A DNA stretch of 63,981 nt, filler included, from Octopus bimaculoides (taxonomy: Eukaryota): assembly GCF_001194135.2 (NCBI RefSeq). It is 5 parts of 3 records of this genome, joined end to end, with 100 filler letters (N's around TTAATTAATTAA, not from the genome) between each part and the next. Parts side by side here need not be neighbours in the genome. Positions count along the whole stretch, not along the records: positions 42,884 to 58,377 come from NC_068983.1; positions 58,478 to 62,631 come from NC_068985.1; positions 62,732 to 63,981 come from NC_068985.1; 2 more parts are not named here. One strand, given 5' to 3'. Below the pieces are notes generated by a model that worked only from the letters and a program-made list of their open reading frames with translations, had not been told where the DNA came from and did not search any database. Positions 53,578 to 63,981 of the stretch are shown in pieces; the stretch's first letter is position 1; each line of letters starts with the position of its first letter. Both the position numbers and the translations under genes were made by a program.

Positions 53578-53580
<3 letters not shown>
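53115..53580 (+). mobile_element. Longer copy of the hammerhead-bearing element
   Basis: Homologous ends to 33141-33358 with ~250 bp extra internal sequence; (TA)n on both sides. Confidence 0.6.
53442..53530 (+). ncRNA. Type I minimal hammerhead ribozyme motif (paralog of 33190-33280)
   Basis: ATTCC-CTGATGA-TGAATATATGTG...CACATATATTTT-GAAA-C-ATGT-GTA-GGAAT; stem I perfect; base of stem II non-canonical (T.T). Confidence 0.72.
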
Positions 53581-53625
<45 letters not shown>

Positions 53626-53774
53626 TAAAAGTAGGGAGTGTGCTGCATACTTAATAAATAAAAAACTGCATTTTAAATAAACGACAGATAAAAAAATGTA
53701 TACATATACTGAGTGTACAACCGGATGGGACACAGACACAGAAGGTCCTTAATTCTTCATCAGTGGTAATATAT

Positions 53775-54560
53775 ATATCATCATCATCACCATCATTTAA
53801 CGTCTATCTTCCATGCTGGCATGGGTGAGACGGTTTGACAAGATCTTGTCAGGCAGAAGCCTGTACCAGACTTCTATAACTGTTTTCACAGGAATTTTAC
53901 AGCTGGATGTCCTTACTAACACCAACCACTCAGCAGAGTGGACTTAGTGCTTTTTACATGGTGCAAGCACGGGCAAGGTCAGTTTTGGCAAAGTTTTTAC
54001 AGCTGGATGCCCTTCCAAATGCCAACCACTTTACAGTGTGGACTGGGTGCTTTTAAGTGGCACCTGTACTGACAGGGTCATCAAGTACTTGCAAAACAAA
54101 AAAAAAATTCTTTCAAGCGGGGAAGGGGCATTGGAGGAGGTGATCTTGTGTCGGATGATGAAAGGCTATAGTGAGGCAGAGAGACAGAAACGAGTGTCTT
54201 GCTGTAGAGGAGGTACAAGGTTACCCAGCTGGAGAGAGAGAGATAGACAGAGATAGATAGACAGAGAGAGAGAGAGAGACAGACGGACAGACAGACAGAC
54301 AGACAGAGACAGAGACAGACAGAGACAGAGAGAGACAGAGACAGAGAGAGAGAGAGACAGAGAGAGAGAGAAAGAGAGAGGGAATAAAGACAGAAACAGG
54401 TGTGCTTCCCCAAAGGAAAAAATACATGGTTACCCAACCTGAGGGATGTGCAAGAGAAGGAGAGAGAGAGGGAGATAGCAGGATAAAGATGGTGGCAAAG
54501 TGTCAGGCATATGCAATGATACAGTGAGACAGGGCATGAGTGGAACATGCTGGCTGGAAG
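53775..54560 (-). mobile_element. RTE 3' UTR fragment with GA/CT microsatellite
   Basis: catcatttaacgtc...ccatgctggcatggg...cagctggatg motifs. Confidence 0.65.
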
Positions 54561-54883
54561 CTAGTGGATAGCAATGATACAGTGGCACAGAGCCAAGAGG
54601 AAAGGATTGGGGAGTGGGAAGTAAGCTTAGTGCAGGAAGTGGAAATTTCAGGAAGAGAAGAGATGTAGTTTGGTTTGTTGCGGTAGGGTGTGTAAGAAAT
54701 TTTCTTGTTAAGTGTGGGTGGGACACACAGTGCTTCTAGAACTCAGTTTCACTGATGAGGACAGGTCTTCTCAAGAAATTCATATCGTCAGACATCTTGG
54801 TCTATTGTCATATATATATATCATCATCATCATCATCATCATCGTTTAACGTCCGCTTTCCATGCTAGCATGGGTTGGACGAG

Positions 54884-54918
<35 letters not shown>

Positions 54919-55139
54919 GCTTAAATGTTTCTATAAATATATGAGTGATGGAAAATGGAATCACTACAATTGTTCTGACACATTTTTTACACCTGTATTA
55001 CATTGGCAAGATGTGTTGTGTAATCAGAAAAAATACAATTGTAATCAAAATACAAAATACAGAAAAAAAGAAATAGACAAAAATAGTGGGGTGTCAGGTT
55101 GACTATAAGTTACAATTGTATCTTCACAGTCCATGTGAA

Positions 55140-57110
55140 GTTGTATTGCATTTTCTCTTCCTTACATTTCAAGACCAGGTCAATGAGTAATTTGCAGTGT
55201 CTCTTGTTAATGTTTTTAAATTATGCAATGTGGTTCTGATATCAATGTCTGAAGCAACTGGAAGTCACAACAATGTATATAAGTGCATCTGCTAGTGTTC
55301 TAACTATACATTTGTACATCATGCTCTTATGAAGGCATTCATTTTCCAGGGGACATGCATTCATGTCCTTTTGATTACAATTCTTTACTACCCTATTCTC
55401 TATTTGGTAGCAACCAATCCTTCCATTTCTATTTTTTTCTTTATTGTTTTTTTGTTACTAGTAATGCCATTGACATACACTTCATTGCTATCCTTGTTGT
55501 TGCTTCTAGTACTACTGTTATTGAGACTTTTAGCATTTTTGTTATTACTTATAATACTTTTGCTATCATCTATAGTATCATTTTTATTAGAATTATTTGG
55601 ACAGCTTGATTACTTTCTTCTTTACTATTGCAATCTTTATTTGAAGAATCATTTTTATCTTTCACCCCATTAATGGTGTTAGTGATCTGCTGGCTTAGCT
55701 TCTTATTGTTGAATTTATGAATGTAGTATTCTAAGTTATTAGATGTTGCATACAATAATTTCAATAATTTCACCTTATGTCTATTAAAGACCTTGTGGCA
55801 CTTATCAAATTTACAAAAGTGTCTATTCAATGCAGAAAAGAAGTCCCTAGCAATCTTGGATGATACAAGTAATCCCAAAATTGAATTATACCACAAAACA
55901 TTGCATTTTTTATTCTTGTTGTTCAGTCTATTATGACTATTATAATCTGCATTTGGGTCACTATCTCAGGAATTCCAGTTGGACTTATAATTAATATTTA
56001 GATTAGTCTTATGTTCCCCCTTTAGTTTCAGTCATTATTCCACTTTCTCTTTTTCCTAGGTTAAGACAACCACTTTCATCTATTTCATGTTTATAATTTC
56101 TTCTTCTAAATATGGACTAGGGTTATTATTTTTGTTGCTATATTCAATAAGATTATTATTAACTATGTTTTTGATTTTCTCAGTATATTCAGCCTTTGCT
56201 AATGCTACATTGTTATAATGTGCAAAGTAAATCAAATATCATTTCATTTGATGAATGTCTAGATATCCAATTGGATATATTGTTTATAATTCCTTTTATA
56301 ATAGAGGGTGAGTGACTAAATGTTTTGTTGTCATACCTTATATTTTCATTCAGTTTATGGTATGGTTTAAATAATCCGGTATCCAGACTAAATGTTACAT
56401 CAAGAAAATTTACCTCATGCTAAGAATTTTCAATAGTGACAAGTAGTTAAAATTTTTTTATGAATTTAAATAGTTGCATCTTATTTCTCTCCATTTCTAC
56501 TTATAGAATACTACTTATAATAATTTGAAACTATTTTTCTTCTCTAATCTTTTGAACCATCCAATAATGTCTAGTCTATCTGATCATACTACATGTTTAA
56601 TCTTAGATCTAAGATTCAGTAGTATTCTATCAATGATATTTTTACTGATCCTACCTATATCTGATTTGGAGGGGCATATTAGTCTAACAGTAGAGTCATT
56701 GTCAAAATTAATTCTAGGTTTTCTGGGGACTTATAGTTCAGTTTTATCTTCTATTCCTAGTACAGAAACTATTTAAAAGCCTTTACTATTTTGTACTAGT
56801 TCATGTATATCTAGGTGCATGCTTATATTTACTATGAAGTTCTCTCATGATTATTTTTTTTTAAAGAGTGTGGTATCAACAACACAAATTACAGTTTTAT
56901 CAACCAGTTCTAAGATGCCTGGTGTTCTTTTTTCTAAACTTTTGCTGGTGCTGGTTATGCCATCTTGGATATTTCCTAAATTTTATATTTCTTATAATCT
57001 TATGCAGCTCCTCCTCAAAGGGTGACAGGTGTTGATTGGGTGGCAGTTTCTCAGGCATTTAAATTCATGCTTTACTGTATCCTCAAATTCCTGAGAAGCA
57101 TTTGTTCTAC
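55140..57110 (-). mobile_element. Penelope-like retroelement, degenerate RT and downstream region
   Basis: VNFLDVTFSLDTGLFKPYHK...SIIKGIINNISNWIS and WYNS...FFSALNRHF...HKVFNRHKVK segments match PLE RT thumb and linker motifs. Confidence 0.75.
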
Positions 57111-57149
57111 TCTTCTTATCAAAGAAGGACAGCTTCATAAAGAAGTGCA

Positions 57150-57681
57150 ACTCTCTAACTATGAGAATAGCTCCCTAAAGAAAGACTGATCTCTAGCTTT
57201 GGAGGGAACCTGTGGAAGGGGTAAACCCAGGAAGAAATGGGATGAAGTGGTGAGAAATGATCTTCAGGGGTTCAACCTTACAAAGGAGATGACAAGGGAC
57301 TAAGACTTCTAGTGATTTGCTGTGCTTCAGAAGACATACTAAGCTAAATAAAATCATAGTCATCCACACATACAGGAATGTCCTTTACAGGCACAACTCC
57401 CACTTCTCCTGACACACACACACAAACATAATTTTGTCCTCTGGCAACACTCACCACAATTCAGCTCTCCAAAATCCCAAGCACCCACTGCAGGCCTCTA
57501 GTTCTTCTCACCATTACTTGCTATCTCTAAATATCTCCCCTTATAACATCTCTATCATATTTGCATTACTTATATCCAGCCATTCTTCCTTGAGAGCAGA
57601 CCCTCTCTCTTGCTCTTTCTCTGTCTGTCTGTCTCTCTCTGTCTCTCTCTCTCCCTCTCTCTCTTTCTCTCACTATGACTG

Positions 57682-57725
<44 letters not shown>

Positions 57726-58020
57726 ACCTCCCTCCACTTCCTTGTCCTACTGAGATAGCCAAGTATCTCCTTTGACAATCTCATAGGTGGTGGTGGCATG
57801 TAAAAATCCCCTGTGCTGGTGTCACATAAAAAGTACCCATGCTAGCAGCACGTAGAAAGCACCCAGTACACTCTGTGAAGTGGTTGGCATTAAGAAGAAC
57901 ACCCAGACGTAGAAACTTTGCCAAAAGAAATGACTGGAACCTGATGCAGCCCTCCAGGTTACCAACACCTGTCAAACTGTTCAAACCATGTCAGCATGGA
58001 AAACAAACATTATGATGATA
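57150..58020 (+). mobile_element. RTE LINE 3' end, decayed
   Basis: EGTCGRGKPRKKWDEVVRNDL remnant, then 3' UTR ending catggaaaac...gatgat. Confidence 0.7.
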
Positions 58021-58477
58021 ATATATACATAAATGCATGTATGTATATATATATATGGGTTTATTTGTGTGTGTCTGTGTGTGTGTGTGTGCACGTGTCT
58101 ATGCACATGTGTATACGTGCATGTGTACATATATGACTCTTTTACTCTTTTACTTGTTTCAGTCATTTGACTGTGGCCATGCTGGAGCACCACCTTTAGT
58201 CGAGCAAATCGACCCAAGGACATATTCTTTGTAAGCCTAGTACTTATTCTATCGGTCTCTTTTTGCCGAACCGCTAAGTTACAGGGACGTAAACACACCA
58301 GCATCAGTTGTCAAGCGATATTGGGGGATAAACACAGACACACAAACACACATACATATATATATATTTTCCTTTATNNNNNNNNNNNNNNNNNNNNNNN
58401 NNNNNNNNNNNNNNNNNNNNNTTAATTAATTAANNNNNNNNNNNNNNNNNNNNNNNNNNNNNNNNNNNNNNNNNNNN

Positions 58478-58508
<31 letters not shown>

Positions 58509-58529
58509 CATATACATATATATACAGAT

Positions 58530-59330
58530 GCATATATGGGTACGTCACCAACAGTAAATAACATGAAATGCGAAAACAAATGAGTTCAATACGCAAACAA
58601 CGAGAGAAACAAATGGAAAAGAGGACAAGTAACATAAAGAAAGATCCTTCATCAGTTGTCGGCTGTCTAGCAACTCCTCATTTCGAGCATTGAATGACAA
58701 TATGTGTCTTCGAAGACAGTTTCTCCCATAAGTACCAAAAGAAAAGTCAGGGTTTATGGAGGGTCAAAGTTGGAAACAAAAGCAGAACAGCGTTGACATA
58801 CAAGGAAACTGAACGAAAACGAACATGGAGGGTCGACGAAAACGAGAGTAAAATAGCGATCGCTGGAGAAATATTTTCTTTCAAAAAGAGACGTGATAGG
58901 AGAGAAAGATAGAATACGTCCAGTCCTTAGGAGAGTCCTGAAGGAAAAAAAAGATGATCACGTGAAGAAAAGAAAGATGGACGGTGGTCACGTGTGAGCA
59001 ACGAGAGAGTGACAAAGAGAAAGAGGGAGAGAGACAGAGAGACAGATAGAAAACCGTGAAGGGGAGAAAACAGTATAGAGTAGAGTCACATCAAAAAATT
59101 ACGATAAACTTACTTGGAAATGGATGCGTAGCGTTCAATCAAATAATAATACAAATAAGATATACACATGCATATATGGGTACAGGACGTAACAAACACT
59201 AAACAACATGAAATACGAATACAAATGAGTTCAGTACGCAAACAACGAGAGAAATAAATGGAAAACTGGACAAGTAACTAAAAGAACGACCTTTCATCAT
59301 TTGTCGGCTGTCTATCAACTCCTCATAATA
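58530..59330 (-). mobile_element. (TA)n-associated element with ~160-bp direct terminal repeats, possibly Penelope-derived
   Basis: 58530-58690 and 59160-59330 are direct repeats; relatives at 35100-35345 and 62330-62520 share the tcctgtacccatatatgc end. Confidence 0.5.
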
Positions 59331-61324
59331 TATATGAATGGATATAAACGCAGGATATCCATAAGCAAATATTTGTATATAATTTTGAATATTTTTCAGA
59401 AATTTCGTTGTTTCGATTGCTCACTCAATCTCTTTAGTGTGGAAAATAGTTGTGATATATATATANNNNNNNNNNNNNNNNNNNNNNNNNNNNNNNNNNN
59501 NNNNNNNNNNNNNNNNNNNNNNNNNNNNNNNNNNNNNNNNNNNNNNNNNNNNNNNNNNNNNNNNNNNNNNNNNNNNNNNNNNNNNNNNNNNNNNNNNNNN
59601 NNNNNNNNNNNNNNNNNNNNNNNNNNNNNNNNNNNNNNNNNNNNNNNNNNNNNNNNNNNNNNNNNNNNNNNNNNNNNNNNNNNNNNNNNNNNNNNNNNNN
59701 NNNNNNNNNNNNNNNNNNNNNNNNNNNNNNNNNNNNNNNNNNNNNNNNNNNNNNNNNNNNNNNNNNNNNNNNNNNNNNNNNNNNNNNNNNNNNNNNNNNN
59801 NNNNNNNNNNNNNNNNNNNNNNNNNNNATATATATATATATATATATATATATACAAGTGTTTATCAGTACAGCTTCATCCCAGGTTTTTATCAGTACAG
59901 AATATAGCAGGAGTTTAGCAGAGCGATTGTCCAACTATTATTTTACGAATCATGTGGACGCGTGGCGTACTGGTTAGGATGCTCTAGTTCGTGGTTTTTG
60001 ATTCCCGGACCCAGGCGATGCGTGGTGTTCTTGCACAAAACCCCTAATTTACACGTAGATCTGCGATCACTTCGTCGTCTGACATGATCACAAAGTGCAC
60101 ATGTATAGCAATCTCAGTTTGATGAAGAGAGGGAGCTCATTACTACAAACAAATCATTCGTGCAGGTAGTTCATCAACTAACTGCGGAATCGTCTTTTCC
60201 GACGCAAATCGTCTTTTCCGGCTCGAATCGTCTTTTCCGACTCGAGAGGCCAAGAACTCTTGTAACCGCTGTCGGCACGTAGCGATTGAGTCGACGTACA
60301 ACACAGGTTAAATATAGTATACGACACAGAACACACAAACACACACACAGGCACACATATACACATACACACATGCACACAGACACACATATACGCATAT
60401 ATGTACATGTATATGTATACATATATGTATATGGATATATAATATACGTATATACCCATATACATATATATACACAAACATTCATATATATGTATATATA
60501 TATATATTGATACGAGAAGACATGAATATGTATGTATGTATACATATAAGATCGGAAGAGCGTCNNNNNNNNNNNNNNNNNNNNNNNNNNNNNNNNNNNN
60601 NNNNNNNNNNNNNNNNNNNNNNNNNNNNNNNNNNNNNNNNNNNNNNNNNNNNNNNNNNNNNNNNNNNNNNNNNNNNNNNNNNNNNNNNNNNNNNNNNNNN
60701 NNNNNNNNNNNNNNNNNNNNNNNNNNNNNNNNNNNNNNNNNNNNNNNNNNNNNNNNNNNNNNNNNNNNNNNNNNNNNNNNNNNNNNNNNNNNNNNNNNNN
60801 NNNNNNNNNNNNNNNNNNNNNNNNNNNNNNNNNNNNNNNNNNNNNNNNNNNNNNNNNNNNNNNNNNNNNNNNNNNNNNNNNNNNNNNNNNNNNNNNNNNN
60901 NNNNNNNNNNNNNNNNNNNNNNNNNNNNNNNNNNNNNNNNNNNNNNNNNNNNNNNNNNNNNNNNNNNNNNNNNNNNNNNNNNNNNNNNNNNNNNNNNNNN
61001 NNNNNNNNNNNNNNNNNNNNNNNNNNNNNNNNNNNNNNNNNNNNNNNNNNNNNNNNNNNNNNNNNNNNNNNNNNNNNNNNNNNNNNNNNNNNNNNNNNNN
61101 NNNNNNNNNNNNNNNNNNNNNNNNNNNNNNNNNNNNNNNNNNNNNNNNNNNNNNNNNNNNNNNNNNNNNNNNNNNNNNNNNNNNNNNNNNNNNNNNNNNN
61201 NNNNNNNNNNNNNNNNNNNNNNNNNNNNNNNNNNNNNNNNNNNNNNNNNNNNNNNNNNNNNNNNNNNNNNNNNNNNNNNNNNNNNNNNNNNNNNNNNNNN
61301 NNNNNNNNNNNNNNNNNNNNNNNN

Positions 61325-61362
<38 letters not shown>

Positions 61363-62561
61363 GGTGTGTGTGTCAGAGGGAGAGAGAGAGCGAGAGTGGG
61401 GTAGACAAATATATGAATACAATGATTTCACTTAGGCATCACGAAACTAATTACTAGCTGTTGGAACTTAATATTTATTTGCTCCAGAGTAAAGCTTTAG
61501 GCATTTACAGAGTGTAATGTTAATTAATGTATAAAAAGAGAACAGGAGTCACGTAATTACCTTCATCAATTTACACCTGTTTCTGCTACGAAAAGCTGTG
61601 CATTCTGAAATGAATGCTTGTGCGACGTCCCTTAGCTCTCACAGAACCATTAATATGACGTATATGTTTATTTCGCAAATCATTTAAATACACGCATACA
61701 CACAAACACACACATACGCACGCACAGGCTCATACCTACACACACATATGCCCATACACACACAACGACATACATACTTACACACATATATGTGTGTATA
61801 TAAATCAATAACTATACACATATGCATAAAAGAAGTACATGAAATGGAAAATGCTCAAAAGTGTGTAAGATTTATTTATATTTATATCAATACACTTAAC
61901 CGGTTTCAAATTTGTTTGATTACTGTTTAAGTTTAAGTTTTGAGATACGTGGTCCGTGTCACAATTTGCATCGTTTATGTATGTGTGTATGAACGTTTGT
62001 ATAGTATCTTCTGTTTTTGATTATTTGAATTCTACCTCTGAAAAGGAAGCTTGTTTCTAACAAAGATGCAAAATTCCATCGTAGGAATGTCGAAAACAAA
62101 AAGAATGTGACATTTTAAACTTTAGGAAAGTCTTGCATATTTTTACAGTTTCACTTACAGATTGTGTTTGTAATGTACGAATAATGTGCTTGATTTCATT
62201 TTCTATACCTATGTAGGAATGTATGTATGTATGTATGTATGGATGGATGGACTAAAAAGTCACATTCGATCACAGCACCGTTAAGTTAAACTTCGTGCAA
62301 TGGCCATACTCGATAACGAAAGGCAGCCATCATGTATGTATGTGCCCTATTCTTCGAAACGCCAGTGTTAGAATGGGGGTAGCTGATGAAGGAAAATGTT
62401 CTCTATGTGGCTTGTGTGCGTTCTGTACTCTGGTTATTATTATATTTTTGTCTACGTTTTGTTTACAATGTCCTGTACCCAGTTATGCACCTATATACAC
62501 AGGTGGACGTAGGTATGCACATACCTGTACGTATATATGCATATACTCATTTATTATTTGT

Positions 62562-62631
<70 letters not shown>

Positions 62632-63163
62632 NNNNNNNNNNNNNNNNNNNNNNNNNNNNNNNNNNNNNNNNNNNNTTAATTAATTAANNNNNNNNNNNNN
62701 NNNNNNNNNNNNNNNNNNNNNNNNNNNNNNNTATATATGGATATTCTTGTACTTCAGATGCTGTCGAAAAGCCGTGCTCGCCAATCAATCAAGATCAATC
62801 TATAAAACCAGAGCTGTTCAAAAAGCTGTCAAACGTAGATGCTTTTGTACATCAAAATAGATTGAGCAAAGTGAACTATTGTTCACAAACTAAAGATTAC
62901 ATATCTTCGGCAAAGTATCTCCTGGCTGGCAAGAACACTCTTCAAACTTGCAATCTTAGCGTTTCTCATATGTATATAGATGTACGTACATAGCGTGTGT
63001 GTATGTATGTATGTATGCATGCATGCATGTATGTATAATATTAATAAAAGACATGTTTTGTACTGGCAAATCAATCAAACTGCCTTGTATGTTCCTAACT
63101 GCAATTCTTATGAAAGTTTTAAAGTACAAATCTTATGTTGCAATACCTGTTCTGGCTTTTATC

Positions 63164-63206
<43 letters not shown>

Positions 63207-63981
63207 GGCGGTGAGCTATCACAAGCGTTAGCACGCCGGGCGAAATGCTTAGCAATATTTTGTCTCTCGCAACGTTCTTAGTTCAATTTCCGCCGAGGTC
63301 GACTTTGTCATTCATCCTTTCAGGATCGTTAAAATAAGTACCAGTGAACACTGGGGTCGATGTAATTGACTCGTCCCTTCCCACAAAACGGCTGCCCTTG
63401 TGGCAATATTTGAAACCATTGTTATTAAGGCGGTGATCTGACAATCTTTAACACACCGGACAAAATCCTTAGCGGTATTACGCGCATCGCTACGTTCCGA
63501 GTTCAAATTCCGACAAGGTAGACTTTGCCTTTCATCCTTCCGGTATCGATGAATTAAGTATCAGTGAAAGACTGAGGTCGATGCAATGGCTGCCCTTGTG
63601 GCAAAATTTGAAACCATTATTATTATTATGGCAGCGAGCTGGCATAATCGTTAGCACGCTGGACGAAATGATTAGCGGCATTTCGTCCGTCTTTATGTTC
63701 CAAGTTCAAATTCCGCTGATGTCGAGTTCGCCTTTCATCCTTTCGAGGTCGATAAATTAAGTAACAGTCACGCACTGGGATCCCCCCAACATCACTTGTG
63801 TGTTTACGTCCCCGTAACTAAGCGGTCCCGCACAACTGACCGATAGAATAAGTACTTGGCTTACAAAGAATAAGTCCGGCGCTCAATTTGCTCGACTAAA
63901 GGCGGTGCTCCAACCAACATTTATATTGGCGATTATTAGAGAGGCGAGCTGGCAGAATCATTAACACGTCGGACAAAATAC
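63207..63981 (+). mobile_element. Head-to-tail cluster of tRNA-derived SINEs with Meta-domain-like core (family 2)
   Basis: Three copies plus a fourth start: ggcggcgagctggcagaatcgttagc...gtcgactttgcctttcatcctttcg.ggtcgataaattaagtaccag; minus-strand relatives at ~170-300, 11760-11945, 14050-14240, 39060-39178 and 48180-48370. Confidence 0.8.

Noticed and set aside
12208-61457. Long ORFs composed mostly of X, or of YI/HT/CV/SL dipeptides
   Set aside because: Produced by N gaps and TA/CA/GA microsatellites.
30054-62687. TTAATTAATTAA palindrome recurring four times
   Set aside because: Always centred in 100-bp N blocks; an assembly gap filler, not a biological motif.
1-63981. CRISPR arrays, genuine tRNA or rRNA genes, prokaryotic operons
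   Set aside because: None seen. tRNA-like A/B boxes occur only as SINE heads, and the DNA is eukaryotic and intron-rich.
39420-63981. Upstream MFSD4 exons (TM1-2)
   Set aside because: Candidate donors at ~39418, ~49508 and ~52887 give stops or microsatellite-derived frames; the exons are probably in gaps or beyond the window.

Overview
Repeat-rich, gapped eukaryotic genomic DNA, very probably octopus. This is inferred from the tRNA-derived SINE families, RTE 3' ends with (GAT)n tails, dense TA/CA microsatellites and N44-TTAATTAATTAA-N44 gap fillers. Two protein-coding loci are supported, both on the minus strand. (1) Two exons of an MFSD4-type major facilitator transporter (38003-38198, 32835-33065). 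(2) A gene the ORF track misses: 12 tiny exons between 3651 and 29092, alternating 34 nt and 59-65 nt, all with AG/GT boundaries, splicing into 194 stop-free codons that encode six ~31-33 aa repeats I do not recognise. These exons lie in three tandem ~7-11.6 kb duplication units. Paralogous intron flanks are ~90-97% identical while the exons are only ~60-70% identical, with mostly amino-acid-changing differences, a pattern typical of toxin, immune and gamete-recognition genes. The array runs off the left edge and into an unsized gap on the right. The window also holds three hammerhead-ribozyme-like motifs in small (TA)n-flanked elements and many decayed RTE, Penelope-like, mariner, maT and Helitron fragments. 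Identity values were counted by eye, and transposon boundaries are approximate.
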